64,000 nt of DNA. Source: Promethearchaeota archaeon. Lineage in GTDB: Archaea > Asgardarchaeota > Lokiarchaeia > Sigyniarchaeales > SOKP01. The position numbers and the translations under genes were made by a program. The notes below the pieces were generated by a model, which worked only from the letters and a program-made list of their open reading frames with translations, was not told the DNA's origin and made no database searches. Positions 10,852-20,886 of the stretch are shown piece after piece. The stretch spans positions 64,001 to 128,000 of the forward strand of contig JAEOSU010000051.1 in the NCBI GenBank assembly GCA_016840165.1, read 5' to 3'. Every line of letters starts with the position of its first letter. Position 1 is the stretch's first letter.

Positions 10852-12246
10852 ATGGTAAAGATGAAAAAGTTATTACTTAGGCCAAAGATGCCCGAACAAG
10901 ATCCTCAAAAACGGATTGCTAATTTCGATGAAGTTCCATTAGGATATACCGAAGAAATGGCTCAAATAGAAGCTAACAGATGCTTACAGTGTGCGGATCC
11001 TAAATGTATTGGTGGTTGTCCCGTCAATATAGATATTCCCGGGTTTATTAAACTCATAAAAGAAAAGGAATATCGCAAATCAATCGAATATATCAAAGAA
11101 TTTAATATTTTACCCGCAATTTGTGGAAGAGTTTGTCCTCAAGAGGTTCAATGTGAACAAGCATGCATTCTAGGAAAAAAAAAGGATCCTATCGCGATTG
11201 GAGCCTTGGAGCGATTTATTGCTGATTGGGAACTAATTAATTCTCTTAAAGCTTGTCCAGATTGTAAGCCTCCAAATAATATTAAAGTAGCAGTTATTGG
11301 TTCTGGTCCAGCAGGTTTAACCTGTGCCGCGGATCTTGCCCGAAAAGGATATAACGTGACGATTTTCGAGGCTTTTCATGAGGGAGGAGGCGTTTTAGTA
11401 TATGGAATCCCTGAATTTCGTTTACCTAAAGAAATCGTTAAGGATGAAATCGAAACTCTCAAGATGCTTGGTGTTAAAATAGAATATAATAAAATTATTG
11501 GCAAGATTTTAACAATAGGAGATTTAAGGGATATGGAGTTCAAAGCTTTTTTCATAGGAGTTGGAGCTGGATTGCCAATAATGCTAAAAATGCCCGGGTT
11601 AAATCTAAATGGTGTGGTAACCGCTAATGAGCTCCTAACACGAGCCAATTTAATGAAAGCGTATAAATTTCCTGAATACGATACTCCAATTAACATTGGT
11701 AAAGTTATTACGGTTGTTGGTGGAGGTAATGTTGCTTTAGATTCGGCTAGAGTTGCTTTACGCTTAGGTGTGGATAAAGTAATTGTCGTCTATCGACGAA
11801 GCGAAGCCGAAATGCCTGCCAGAAAAGCGGAATATCATCATGCTAAAGAAGAGGGAATTGAATTCAAATTTCTTACAAATCCCATAGAAATTATCGGTGA
11901 TGACTATTCAAATGTAAAGCAATTAAAAGTGCTTAAAATGAAATTAGGTGAACCAGATGATTCTGGACGTAGAAGACCAATCCCAATTGAAAATTCTGAC
12001 TTCCTTATACCAACTGACACTATTATCCTCGCTATTGGTACTCGAGCGAATCCAATTTTGACTAAGACTTTACCAAATTTAAAGTTAAATAAATATGGTT
12101 ATATTGAAACTGATGAGTTAGGAAGAACCAATATTAAAGACATTTTTGCAGGGGGAGATATCGTAACTGGTTCTGCGACAGTGATTTCTGCTATGGGCGC
12201 TGGAAGAAACGCAGCTAAAGCAATCGATGAATATTTGAAATCTTAA
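10852..12246 (+). CDS. nfnB: NfnB/SudA (GltD-like) large subunit
   Basis: EANRCLQC..P.C..GCPV, CGRVCPQE.QCE, GSGPAGL, YGIPEFRLPK, GGGNVALD, FAGGDIVTGSATVI. Confidence 0.9.
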   Translation: MVKMKKLLLRPKMPEQDPQKRIANFDEVPLGYTEEMAQIEANRCLQCADPKCIGGCPVNIDIPGFIKLIKEKEYRKSIEYIKEFNILPAICGRVCPQEVQCEQACILGKKKDPIAIGALERFIADWELINSLKACPDCKPPNNIKVAVIGSGPAGLTCAADLARKGYNVTIFEAFHEGGGVLVYGIPEFRLPKEIVKDEIETLKMLGVKIEYNKIIGKILTIGDLRDMEFKAFFIGVGAGLPIMLKMPGLNLNGVVTANELLTRANLMKAYKFPEYDTPINIGKVITVVGGGNVALDSARVALRLGVDKVIVVYRRSEAEMPARKAEYHHAKEEGIEFKFLTNPIEIIGDDYSNVKQLKVLKMKLGEPDDSGRRRPIPIENSDFLIPTDTIILAIGTRANPILTKTLPNLKLNKYGYIETDELGRTNIKDIFAGGDIVTGSATVISAMGAGRNAAKAIDEYLKS

Positions 12247-12391
12247 CTGAAGAAATTATTATTTCTTGTCATTTAATTTAATAAATCTTTACCTTTCCCA
12301 ACTTTTTCCCCCAGTAACTTAAAATTATTTCAACAAATTATAGTTACATATAATTAAAAAATATAATAACAATCGAAAATTTGATTGAACT

Positions 12392-13642
12392 ATGACTGAA
12401 TATTTAGATCCTTTTAAAATCTCTCAAACTCAACTTGCTGAAGCATGCAAAATTAAAGGATACGATAATGAAATCTACGAAGCGTTAAGTCAACCAGAAA
12501 GATTCATTGAAATAAAAATCACTCTTAAAATGGATAATGGACATTTAAAAACGTTCAAAGGTTTTCGAAGTCAATATAATTCTGCTCGGGGTCCAATGAA
12601 AGGAGGTATAAGGTGGCATCCTGAGGAGAGTGGCTCATTAGTGAAAGCGTTAAGTGCATGGATGACATGGAAAACCGCTTGCGTGGATATCCCTCTTGGT
12701 GGAGCCAAGGGGGGGATCATATGTAATCCAAAAGGAATGAGTGAACGAGAACTTGAAACTTTAGCGAGAAGCTATATTCGACAATTAGCAGACTTTATTG
12801 GGCCAAATATCGACGTTCCTGCCCCCGATGTTTATACCAATCCTCAGATAATGGCGTGGATGATGGACGAGTATGAGACTATTGTTCGTCGCCATGCTCC
12901 ATCGGTTATCACAGGAAAACCATTACCCATTGGAGGAAGCGCAGGGAGAGCGATTGCTACGGCAAAGGGAGGAGTCTTTTGCATACGAGAAGCAGCAAAA
13001 GATATAGGTTTAAACCTAAAAGGCGCCCCGGTAGCTATTCAAGGATATGGAAATGCGGGTTCTTGGGCAGCTAAACTTTTAAAGGATGATTTTGACTGTA
13101 AAATCATTGCTGTATCGGATTCAAAGGGAGGTATTTGCAACCTTGATGGAATTGATCCATATAAAGCAGCTGATCATAAGGAGAAAACTGGAACCGTCGT
13201 TGGTCTCGACGGCACGAAAAAAATAACCAATGAAGAGCTCTTAGAATTAGAATGTGATATATTAGTTCCTGCTGCTTTAGAAAATGTAATAACAAAGAAA
13301 AATGCCTCACAAATTAAAACAAAAATAATTGCTGAATTAGCAAATGGTCCCACTACTCCTCAAGCAGACAATATTTTGCACAATAATAATGTTCTTATGA
13401 TTCCCGACTTTCTTTGTAATGCTGGTGGTGTAACCGTATCCTACTTCGAAATGGTACAGGGATACTATCGCTACTTTTGGACAGAAGAGGAAGTATTCGT
13501 TGCTCTTGATAGAATTATGACGAATGCCTATAGATCTACCGTGGAGCACGCAGAACAAGTCAATACTCATAATCGAATGGGTGCATACATGGTTTCCATT
13601 GACCGTGTTATTGAAGCTATGCAATTAAGAGGTTGGATATAA
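12392..13642 (+). CDS. gdhA: Glutamate dehydrogenase, paralog 1
   Basis: [59 protein letters not shown]. Confidence 0.93.
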   Translation: MTEYLDPFKISQTQLAEACKIKGYDNEIYEALSQPERFIEIKITLKMDNGHLKTFKGFRSQYNSARGPMKGGIRWHPEESGSLVKALSAWMTWKTACVDIPLGGAKGGIICNPKGMSERELETLARSYIRQLADFIGPNIDVPAPDVYTNPQIMAWMMDEYETIVRRHAPSVITGKPLPIGGSAGRAIATAKGGVFCIREAAKDIGLNLKGAPVAIQGYGNAGSWAAKLLKDDFDCKIIAVSDSKGGICNLDGIDPYKAADHKEKTGTVVGLDGTKKITNEELLELECDILVPAALENVITKKNASQIKTKIIAELANGPTTPQADNILHNNNVLMIPDFLCNAGGVTVSYFEMVQGYYRYFWTEEEVFVALDRIMTNAYRSTVEHAEQVNTHNRMGAYMVSIDRVIEAMQLRGWI

Positions 13643-13787
13643 GATAATTATTACAGTTATCCTATTTTTAGTTTTATTTTCTTATTTCTCATTTTGATCA
13701 TTAAAAAAGTAAAATCTTTAATGAAGCGATCCTATTCTTACATGTATTTCAATAATTAATAAAAAATATTAGAATAGTAATATATGA

Positions 13788-15047
13788 GTGAAAAAGATGG
13801 AAATAAATCCATATGATGTTGCGAAGGCACAAATTGAAATTGTTGCTAAGGAAATGGGATTAGATAAAAATACGACTCAATATCTCAAAAGAATTGAACG
13901 GGCATTAATCGTATCGATACCAATTACGATGGATGACGGCTCCGTTCAGATTTTTGAAGGATATCGGGTTCATCATTCCACGGTACGAGGACCAGGAAAA
14001 GGGGGCATTCGATACTCTCCTGAAGTAAATCTAGATGAGGTGAAAGCACTTGCTACATGGATGACCTGGAAATCTTCTTTGCTAAACCTTCCTCTCGGTG
14101 GGGCAAAAGGTGGCGTTCGAGTCGATCCAAGGAAATTGTCTATGAAGGAATTGGAAAGATTGACCAGAAGGTATACAGCAGAGATCATAAATATTATAGG
14201 GCCAGATATTGATATACCCGCCCCTGATGTTAACACTAATTCCCAAATCATGGCCTGGATTATGGATGTATATTCAATGCAAAAAGGACGTTCAATACCA
14301 GGGGTTGTAACGGGCAAACCAATAGAAATTGGAGGCTCTGTTGGAAGAGAACCTGCAACAGGAATGGGATTATATTTTGTTCTAAAGGCATTATGTGGAA
14401 AATTGGATCTTAGTTTGAAAGAACAAAGTATCGTTATTCAAGGATTTGGTAATGTAGGCGGAACCATATCAGAACTATTGTACAATGAAGGATGTAAGAT
14501 CCTTGCCGTTTCAGATATCTCCACTGGAATTTTCTGCAAGGATGGCTTGGATATCGAAAAACTACTTAAATGGGTAAAAGAGGGAAAATACCTCAAGGAT
14601 TATAAAGATAGCAGTTATAATTTTCTTACTAATGAGGAATTATTAACTACCAAATGTGATGTATTGGTTCCTGCTGCGATAGAAAATCAAATAACAGAAA
14701 AAAATGCGGACAAAATTCAGTGTAAAATTGTTCTTGAAGGTGCCAATGGACCAACAACTCCTGAAGCAGACAAAATATTATATAGCAAAGGAATACATGT
14801 AGTACCAGATATATTAGCCAATAGTGGTGGAGTTTGTGTCTCTTATTTTGAATATATCCAAGATATTCATTCATATTTCTGGAAATTAGATAGAATTAAT
14901 CAAGAATTAGAGCGTATCATTCTTGAAGCATTTGAGGAGACCTATAAAATCTCTGTTGAGAGAAAAATCCCCCTTCGAACCGCAGCATATATTATAGCGG
15001 TCTCACGAGTTGCAAAAGCAATAGAATTGAGGGGTTTTTTTCCATAA
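13788..15047 (+). CDS. gdhA: Glutamate dehydrogenase, paralog 2
   Basis: [57 protein letters not shown]. Confidence 0.93.
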   Translation: MKKMEINPYDVAKAQIEIVAKEMGLDKNTTQYLKRIERALIVSIPITMDDGSVQIFEGYRVHHSTVRGPGKGGIRYSPEVNLDEVKALATWMTWKSSLLNLPLGGAKGGVRVDPRKLSMKELERLTRRYTAEIINIIGPDIDIPAPDVNTNSQIMAWIMDVYSMQKGRSIPGVVTGKPIEIGGSVGREPATGMGLYFVLKALCGKLDLSLKEQSIVIQGFGNVGGTISELLYNEGCKILAVSDISTGIFCKDGLDIEKLLKWVKEGKYLKDYKDSSYNFLTNEELLTTKCDVLVPAAIENQITEKNADKIQCKIVLEGANGPTTPEADKILYSKGIHVVPDILANSGGVCVSYFEYIQDIHSYFWKLDRINQELERIILEAFEETYKISVERKIPLRTAAYIIAVSRVAKAIELRGFFP

Positions 15048-15119
15048 TAAACTATTATTAATTTCTTTCTTATACTTTTTTAATTTTTACAAGCCTTAAC
15101 GCTCTTTTACGAGTTTGAG

Positions 15120-16418
15120 TTAACTAGTAAATGGAGTCAATATGATTAAGTATAATAAAGAACACCCAATATGAATTAAAGCAAAAATAGAACCTGATTT
15201 GAGTAATCGCTTATAACTCATATTTTCCACTCCACTATCTCGGGCAACTTTTAAAGTCATCATATCCGCTGCTGCTCCTTGCGGTATCAAGTTTCCTCCA
15301 AGGTTAATTGCTATTATAAAGGCAAAGAGTAATGGAACTGATGGAAAATTAAAACTGTCAATTAAAGTACCGATTATAGGAATAAATATAAGTGCTGTAG
15401 GCGTGTTAGCTACAAAACCAGAGATTAAACTTATTAAAATTAATAAGATTAAGGAGAGCAAAAAGGGGTTAAATAATTCAAATGGGATATTTATAAATAA
15501 GTCTCTAAATCCCGCTTGTAAAAGACATCCGATTATCACATAGAGAGAAATAAAGAAAAAAATAATTTCCCATTCAATATCCCGTAAAAGTTCTCCCATT
15601 GATTTTTTTGTATAGCCTTTATTAGCCAAAACTAAAATAAGAGCAGAAATAACCGCGGTTAAATAAAGTATTGGGAGGATCGCAAACAAAGCGATTGTAA
15701 TTATTATCGCTATGCTATTAAAATAAAACATTTTTTTATTCTTTATCATGACATCTGCGTCGACTAGTTCTAAAACAAAACGCTTTTGGTCTTCATCAAT
15801 ATTTGGTTCTTTTGAAAGCATGTATTTATCTATCAGAAAAATTGTGAAAAAAAGTAATAAAAATGAGAATATCCAATAATATTGAAAGAAGTAAGCCGTA
15901 TCCAATTCAAAAGCAGTCGAAATGATTATATTTTCTCCACTTGAAAAGGGAGTTATAATACTGCCGATATTGATACAAATAGTCATACCTAAAAGGTAAG
16001 TTCCCGACCTTATTTTAAGGAAATGACAGAGCCGGATCACAACAGGCGCTAAAATTAACACCACCACTACATCTGTAATTATTGCCGCTAGTAGGGTAGT
16101 TATAAAACATAATAAATATAAAAATACTCTTCGATTCCCTCTTGAAAGTTTAAATAATTTAACTGCTACATATTCTAATACATTAGAATCTTGAGCGATT
16201 TTTGTGATAATACTCATACTTAAGATAATAATAATTGCTTCCCATTCAATATATCCTACAAATTCTGGAAATGCAATCTCATTTTTCAAACCTGTCACCG
16301 TTGCGGCATAGAACATACATAATAAGGAAATGGCAACGAAGTCAAGATTCGCAATAGAGTAGCTGGCAATTACTAACGCAAATAGAATAAAGAGTAAAAT
16401 TAAAAGAGGGACGTCCAT
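15120..16418 (-). CDS. ArsB/NhaD (SLC13-like) permease
   Basis: ~12 TM helices; NIGSIITPFSSGENII, DIEWEIIFFFISLYVII, ISGFVANTP, NLGGNLIPQGAAA. Confidence 0.85.
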   Translation of the reverse strand: MDVPLLILLFILFALVIASYSIANLDFVAISLLCMFYAATVTGLKNEIAFPEFVGYIEWEAIIIILSMSIITKIAQDSNVLEYVAVKLFKLSRGNRRVFLYLLCFITTLLAAIITDVVVVLILAPVVIRLCHFLKIRSGTYLLGMTICINIGSIITPFSSGENIIISTAFELDTAYFFQYYWIFSFLLLFFTIFLIDKYMLSKEPNIDEDQKRFVLELVDADVMIKNKKMFYFNSIAIIITIALFAILPILYLTAVISALILVLANKGYTKKSMGELLRDIEWEIIFFFISLYVIIGCLLQAGFRDLFINIPFELFNPFLLSLILLILISLISGFVANTPTALIFIPIIGTLIDSFNFPSVPLLFAFIIAINLGGNLIPQGAAADMMTLKVARDSGVENMSYKRLLKSGSIFALIHIGCSLLYLIILTPFTS

Positions 16419-16544
16419 ATCTACTCTACGATAAGAATTATTTTATTATTAATTCTAATAAATAAAATTTAATAAATCTAATCATAATTTAAAAGGGGGC
16501 AGTTATGGGAAAATTTATCAATTCTTACATTCCAATATTATCGC

Positions 16545-17390
16545 TTATTTCAATAGAAATAATCTTAAAAGAAATTTAAACAAATTCAGTTCATTTAGAA
16601 GAGCCATATTTGAAATTATATAATCAAAAATATTCTCCTCTATGAAGTAAATCAGACTTTTTTGATGCCCCTCTTCTATTTTAATAAGTTCTACAATTCT
16701 TCTGATTAAATTAATGATTTGCTTCTCTACTACCAGCATATCGCAATTGGTAGGGTCAATATTAATTATATTAATGCCTGTGCTTGGATCAAATGAAAAT
16801 TTACTTAGTTCTGGATGATCTCTTACATAATTATGGCTTAGATAGTTTTCAAACATACTTTCGATACGTAGATACATTCTCTGTTTTTTATCTTGACTCA
16901 TATGAGCCTCTATTAGATTGATTAATAAATTTAAAATCTGTTGAAACACACCTAATATATCATAAAACTCTGCAATTGTAGTGATATTTTCAGCAGTTAA
17001 CCATTGAGAGTAATACTCTTCAATTATATTTTTAAATGGATTAAAATGATCGGTATTACCCTTCCATAGTGTTTTCCATGCTTCTTTATCACTCGCATAT
17101 TCTGCAATAAATGTTTGTTTGATAATATTTAACCTTGCTCTCAGAATATTTGAACTCACTGTTTTTTCGGAAGCAGCTACAAATAATAATTTTAACTCTT
17201 TATCTTCTAAATATACCCAACGCAACCCGCCCATGTCAATGCTTTCAATTCCCTCTTGAAACTCAAAGACAGTAAATTGATTTAACGCTGCTAATAAACC
17301 GCTTACTAAATCCTCATCTAAAAGTAAGGATAGATAAGACTTATATAATAATGTTATTCCACTCTCAGAGTCCAAGATCCAAATATTCAT
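16545..17390 (-). CDS. Longin-like domain protein with helical C-terminal extension
   Basis: N-terminal pattern IWILDSESGITLLYKSY...DEDLVSGLLAALNQF...IESIDMGGLRWVY...LLFVAAS...LNIIKQTFIAEY fits longin topology. Confidence 0.65.
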   Translation of the reverse strand: MNIWILDSESGITLLYKSYLSLLLDEDLVSGLLAALNQFTVFEFQEGIESIDMGGLRWVYLEDKELKLLFVAASEKTVSSNILRARLNIIKQTFIAEYASDKEAWKTLWKGNTDHFNPFKNIIEEYYSQWLTAENITTIAEFYDILGVFQQILNLLINLIEAHMSQDKKQRMYLRIESMFENYLSHNYVRDHPELSKFSFDPSTGINIINIDPTNCDMLVVEKQIINLIRRIVELIKIEEGHQKSLIYFIEENIFDYIISNMALLNELNLFKFLLRLFLLK

Positions 17391-17469
17391 TTTCTAACCG
17401 AAGTTATCAGATACTATATTTGATATAATAAAAAATGTTTATCAATAAAATTGTTTTGGAAAACATAAA

Positions 17470-17964
17470 CTACCCTTTTTCTAGAAAATGACTCAAATCA
17501 TTTGATTTACAATACTTTTGTAGATTTCTCAACATGTCTGTTATCTTCATTTGGAGTGTCAAATCAGCGGCACCTCCGATTAGGTTCAAAAAATCACTAC
17601 TTAACTTAAAGTTCTCAATGAAGACGCCTAATTTTGATTTGCTATCTGATAATGATTTAACTCTCAGTCTTCCCTCCAATTCTTTTACATCCTTATTATT
17701 CCTAACGTTAAATTCAATTACTCTTCCTTTTCCTTCCTCTTCGCCTTTATCAATGAGTACTAATTCACCTTCCATTTCAATTGGAACCTTTATGACATTA
17801 ATTTCATCTAGAACCTTTGTAAATAACACATTAGGTGCAATGAATTCCGCTTCCATTTCTTTTGTTGGTTTTATCATTATCCAGAAGTCTGAATTATATA
17901 TTGCCTTTATGAGTGTTTCTTTATTGCAGTTTTCTATTTCTAAAACCTTTGATATTTTGCTCAT
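17470..17964 (-). CDS. SRPBCC/START-like (CoxG-type) fold protein
   Basis: 164 aa; strand-helix start, alternating beta strands, long C-terminal helix (LQMKITDMLRNLQKYC). Confidence 0.5.
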   Translation of the reverse strand: MSKISKVLEIENCNKETLIKAIYNSDFWIMIKPTKEMEAEFIAPNVLFTKVLDEINVIKVPIEMEGELVLIDKGEEEGKGRVIEFNVRNNKDVKELEGRLRVKSLSDSKSKLGVFIENFKLSSDFLNLIGGAADLTLQMKITDMLRNLQKYCKSNDLSHFLEKG

Positions 17965-18182
17965 AATTTCCTTCTCTCAATTATTAATATATTATTTTAA
18001 TACAATGAAAAAAGTCTAATTTAGTTTTCTTTCTTGAGAATGTTTTCTAGATTTAGCCTCAGACTTCCTAGATTTTTTCATTTTCATAGACGGTGATTCA
18101 TAATTTATTTTTTCATCATAGGCTAATAAGTAATCTAATATTCTCTATTATAGAATCTTTTTTTTTATTAAATTCGAATCTA

Positions 18183-18389
18183 TTAACTCCTGATTAATTT
18201 AGACTTCTCTATTTCATGTTCAGTATGGCAGTTAGGACAAATCCATACTTTATCATTCTTTTTTACGGAATTAAGACAATTGGCGCATATTGTTATGTCA
18301 CAAATACAATATACACAATTTTCTATGTCCTTATTACAGTCTTTATTACAAATATAGCAAAATGGGGGATTTTTTGGCATTCTTCTCAA
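18183..18389 (-). CDS. Stand-alone C4C4-type RING finger protein
   Basis: C-x2-C-x13-C-x-C-x4-C-x2-C-x12-C-x2-C with terminal CPNC. Confidence 0.75.
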   Translation of the reverse strand: MRRMPKNPPFCYICNKDCNKDIENCVYCICDITICANCLNSVKKNDKVWICPNCHTEHEIEKSKLIRS

Positions 18390-18489
18390 TTATCAAATTC
18401 CACTCTTATAATATTCAATATTATACTTTTAATTTTAAAAATTATTTCATTTAACATAAGTTAATAATAATACGAATGAGTCAATTATT

Positions 18490-18684
18490 ATGTATAATTT
18501 TCAATCAAGAATGCGTTTGTTAAGCTTGATTAGCATTTTATTCATCTATTTTGCAATTTCAAGATTAATTTCATCAGATTTACAAGGTTTTTATATTTGG
18601 TTGATAGTGACGATTGTATACTTAACATCATTAGTAATCTTCTATGTTACATATAAAAAAACCCAAAAGAATACAGTGTCATAA
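18490..18684 (+). CDS. Small 2-TM membrane protein
   Basis: Two hydrophobic helices and a basic C-terminus. Confidence 0.55.
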   Translation: MYNFQSRMRLLSLISILFIYFAISRLISSDLQGFYIWLIVTIVYLTSLVIFYVTYKKTQKNTVS

Positions 18685-18695
18685 ATATAATGCTT

Positions 18696-18962
18696 TTATT
18701 TCTTTCTCTTTAAGAATTCAGGAATCACTCCTTCCAAGCCTAAGCTTTTAATAAGTGTGTCTCTGATATCCATTTGAATTTTCATATCTTGCATTATTTT
18801 TAGCGTGTTTTCTAAGGTAATAGAAAAGTTCTGACTCATTTCTTTAATCGTATCAGAAGTTAACTTTAATGATTCCCTGATTGCAATATTGGTCTCATGC
18901 AATTCCTGACTCATTTTTTCCATCGCTTTTCTCATTTCAGCAAGTTCGTCTTTAATCCCCAT
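18696..18962 (-). CDS. Small coiled-coil protein
   Basis: Heptad-like amphipathic helix over ~65 residues, Met-rich. Confidence 0.6.
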   Translation of the reverse strand: MGIKDELAEMRKAMEKMSQELHETNIAIRESLKLTSDTIKEMSQNFSITLENTLKIMQDMKIQMDIRDTLIKSLGLEGVIPEFLKRKK

Positions 18963-19120
18963 TTGAAATCATTTAGAAAATTAGTTGTATTTAACTACTA
19001 TATGCTTAATTGTACATTAAGAATTTAATTCTTATAGTTTTTTCTAATTAAGCGGAAATATATTTTAATTATTATTTATAAAAGTAATAGATTAAAGCTT
19101 TCAAATATATATGAGAAACA

Positions 19121-19258
19121 ATGTCAGAATGGAAAAAAAGGCTTTCAACCAGCGAAACTAAGGATAATTTTTCTTGTACAGGATGAGCTATGGTTGATGG
19201 ACTCATAAAATGCATCAGAGATCTAAAAAATAAACGCCAAGAAAAGAAGAACAAATAA
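19121..19258 (+). CDS. Candidate 45-aa selenoprotein with CxxU motif
   Basis: MSEWKKRLSTSETKDNFSCTG(TGA 19184-19186)AMVDGLIKCIRDLKNKRQEKKNK*; fills an otherwise empty intergenic gap; TTTATAAA at 19075-19082. Confidence 0.5.
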
Positions 19259-19273
19259 TTTAAAAATTTCTCA

Positions 19274-19307
19274 AGTGTTAAGTCGAAAAATAGTAGGACT
19301 TAATTCT
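19274..19307 (+). other. Hairpin directly downstream of the CxxU ORF (possible SECIS-like element)
   Basis: Perfect 7-bp core TTAAGTC/GACTTAA (19278-19303), extendable with G.U and one U-U mismatch; loop GAAAAATAGTAG. Confidence 0.3.
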
Positions 19308-19424
19308 AATGTTTTGCCCAAACAAGAGAAAAATGATGAGTTTTATCACTACTTTTTATTTTCTTTTTATATCAAGCAACAAGATAAATGTTTGATTACA
19401 ATATTAAATAAATTCTTTCATTAA

Positions 19425-20798
19425 CTATGGCCTTTTTGAGCCTTCTCCTACCTTTCTATATATAAATCCATGGCTCTCTACAACCTTTTTATCAAATATA
19501 TTTCGACCATCAATAATAATCGGCGTTCTCACCTTCTTCTTTAAATCATCTAAATTGATATCATAATATTGTTTGTGGTTGGTAGTAAACATCAAAACAT
19601 CTGCATCCTTGACCGCTTTTTCAAAATCATCTGTTAATTCCGTTGCATAATAATCTCGGACTTTTACATAAGGATCATGAGCAATATAGACAATATTATG
19701 AGAATGATATCTACTTCTAAGTGTTTTAATTACATTTTCGGTGGGTGTATTACGAGTATCATCTGTATCTGCCTTGTATGATACTCCAAGAAATACTATC
19801 TTAATATTATCTACTAATTTATGTTTTTCTCGAAATATATCTTCCATTAATTGTACCATATGCTTAGGCATGTAATCATTTAATTCTCGGGATTTTAATA
19901 GAATATCCGTCTTATATTTATTATCAGTATAATTTCGATGGCCATATACCAGTAAAAAGGGATCTTTGGTTAAACAATGGCCCCCAACACCTGAACCAGG
20001 AAAATGCATCATTCTATCATGTCTGTAATTAATGAGTTTGATAATTTCAAATATATCCCTATTAAAATCTTCACAGACTAATGCCATCTCATTTGCAAAC
20101 GCGATGTTTACATCTCGATAGGTGTTTTCTATACATTTTGTTAGTTCAGCAGTTAGAGTATCAGTTACATGCAAATCCTTCTTAACCACTCTTCCATAAA
20201 GATATTTCGCTTTCTCATTTGCCTCTTTGCAACCACCCCCGATTACACGAGGGAAATTGACAATATAGTCTAATAATTTACCTGGCATAACACGCTCGAA
20301 CGAAAACACTAAATAAAAGTCTTTACCTCTTACCAAGCCACTTTCTTTCTCAATAATAGGTTGAACAATGTTTTCTGTAGTACCCGGGGCGACAGTTGAT
20401 TCAATAATGATGGTGGCTCCCTTTTTAATATGTTTTGCGATTTTTCCAGATACTTCCTTTATAGATTCATAACGCGGAATTTTAGAGTCTAAATCTACAG
20501 GAGTTTGTACATCGATAAGAATATAGTCTGCTTTTGCTACATCATCATAGTCATCAGTAACATGGAATTTTCCATTTTTTACTACTTTTGCGATTAATTC
20601 ATCCAATCCGGGTTCTTCTCCTTCGAAAGGATTTTTTCCTGCGTTAAGCCAATCAATTTTCCATCCAGATCGTAATGATCTTCGTTGTATGCCCGTCACA
20701 TAGAAATTTTCTACATCTGCAAGTACAACAGCCATTGGTATACCTACATAGCCCATTCCTATGACACATATCTGAACTTTCTCACTCATAATCTCCAT
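19425..20798 (-). CDS. wecC: Nucleotide-sugar dehydrogenase (UDP-ManNAc/UDP-GlcNAc dehydrogenase family)
   Basis: GMGYVG, ESTVAPGTT, ERVMPG, KCIENTYRDVNIAFANE, PGSGVGGHCLTKDP, YKADTDDTRNTP. Confidence 0.88.
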   Translation of the reverse strand: MEIMSEKVQICVIGMGYVGIPMAVVLADVENFYVTGIQRRSLRSGWKIDWLNAGKNPFEGEEPGLDELIAKVVKNGKFHVTDDYDDVAKADYILIDVQTPVDLDSKIPRYESIKEVSGKIAKHIKKGATIIIESTVAPGTTENIVQPIIEKESGLVRGKDFYLVFSFERVMPGKLLDYIVNFPRVIGGGCKEANEKAKYLYGRVVKKDLHVTDTLTAELTKCIENTYRDVNIAFANEMALVCEDFNRDIFEIIKLINYRHDRMMHFPGSGVGGHCLTKDPFLLVYGHRNYTDNKYKTDILLKSRELNDYMPKHMVQLMEDIFREKHKLVDNIKIVFLGVSYKADTDDTRNTPTENVIKTLRSRYHSHNIVYIAHDPYVKVRDYYATELTDDFEKAVKDADVLMFTTNHKQYYDINLDDLKKKVRTPIIIDGRNIFDKKVVESHGFIYRKVGEGSKRP

Positions 20799-20886
20799 TC
20801 TCCGTCAGAACACAAATTAATATATACAAAAATCGGTCATGATTGAAAAAATTTTAGGATAATAAAAGAAAAAAAGTTAAAATTTT

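Noticed and set aside
10852-12246. Glutamate synthase small subunit partnering the gene at 4597
   Set aside because: Directly paired with an NfnA/SudB gene, the typical NfnAB arrangement
18016-18087. 23-aa basic ORF on the minus strand (MKMKKSRKSEAKSRKHSQERKLN)
   Set aside because: Too short, no recognisable family; easily arises by chance in A-rich sequence
19072-19254. 60-aa minus-strand ORF in the track
   Set aside because: TTG start and no motif; antisense to the more protein-like CxxU frame
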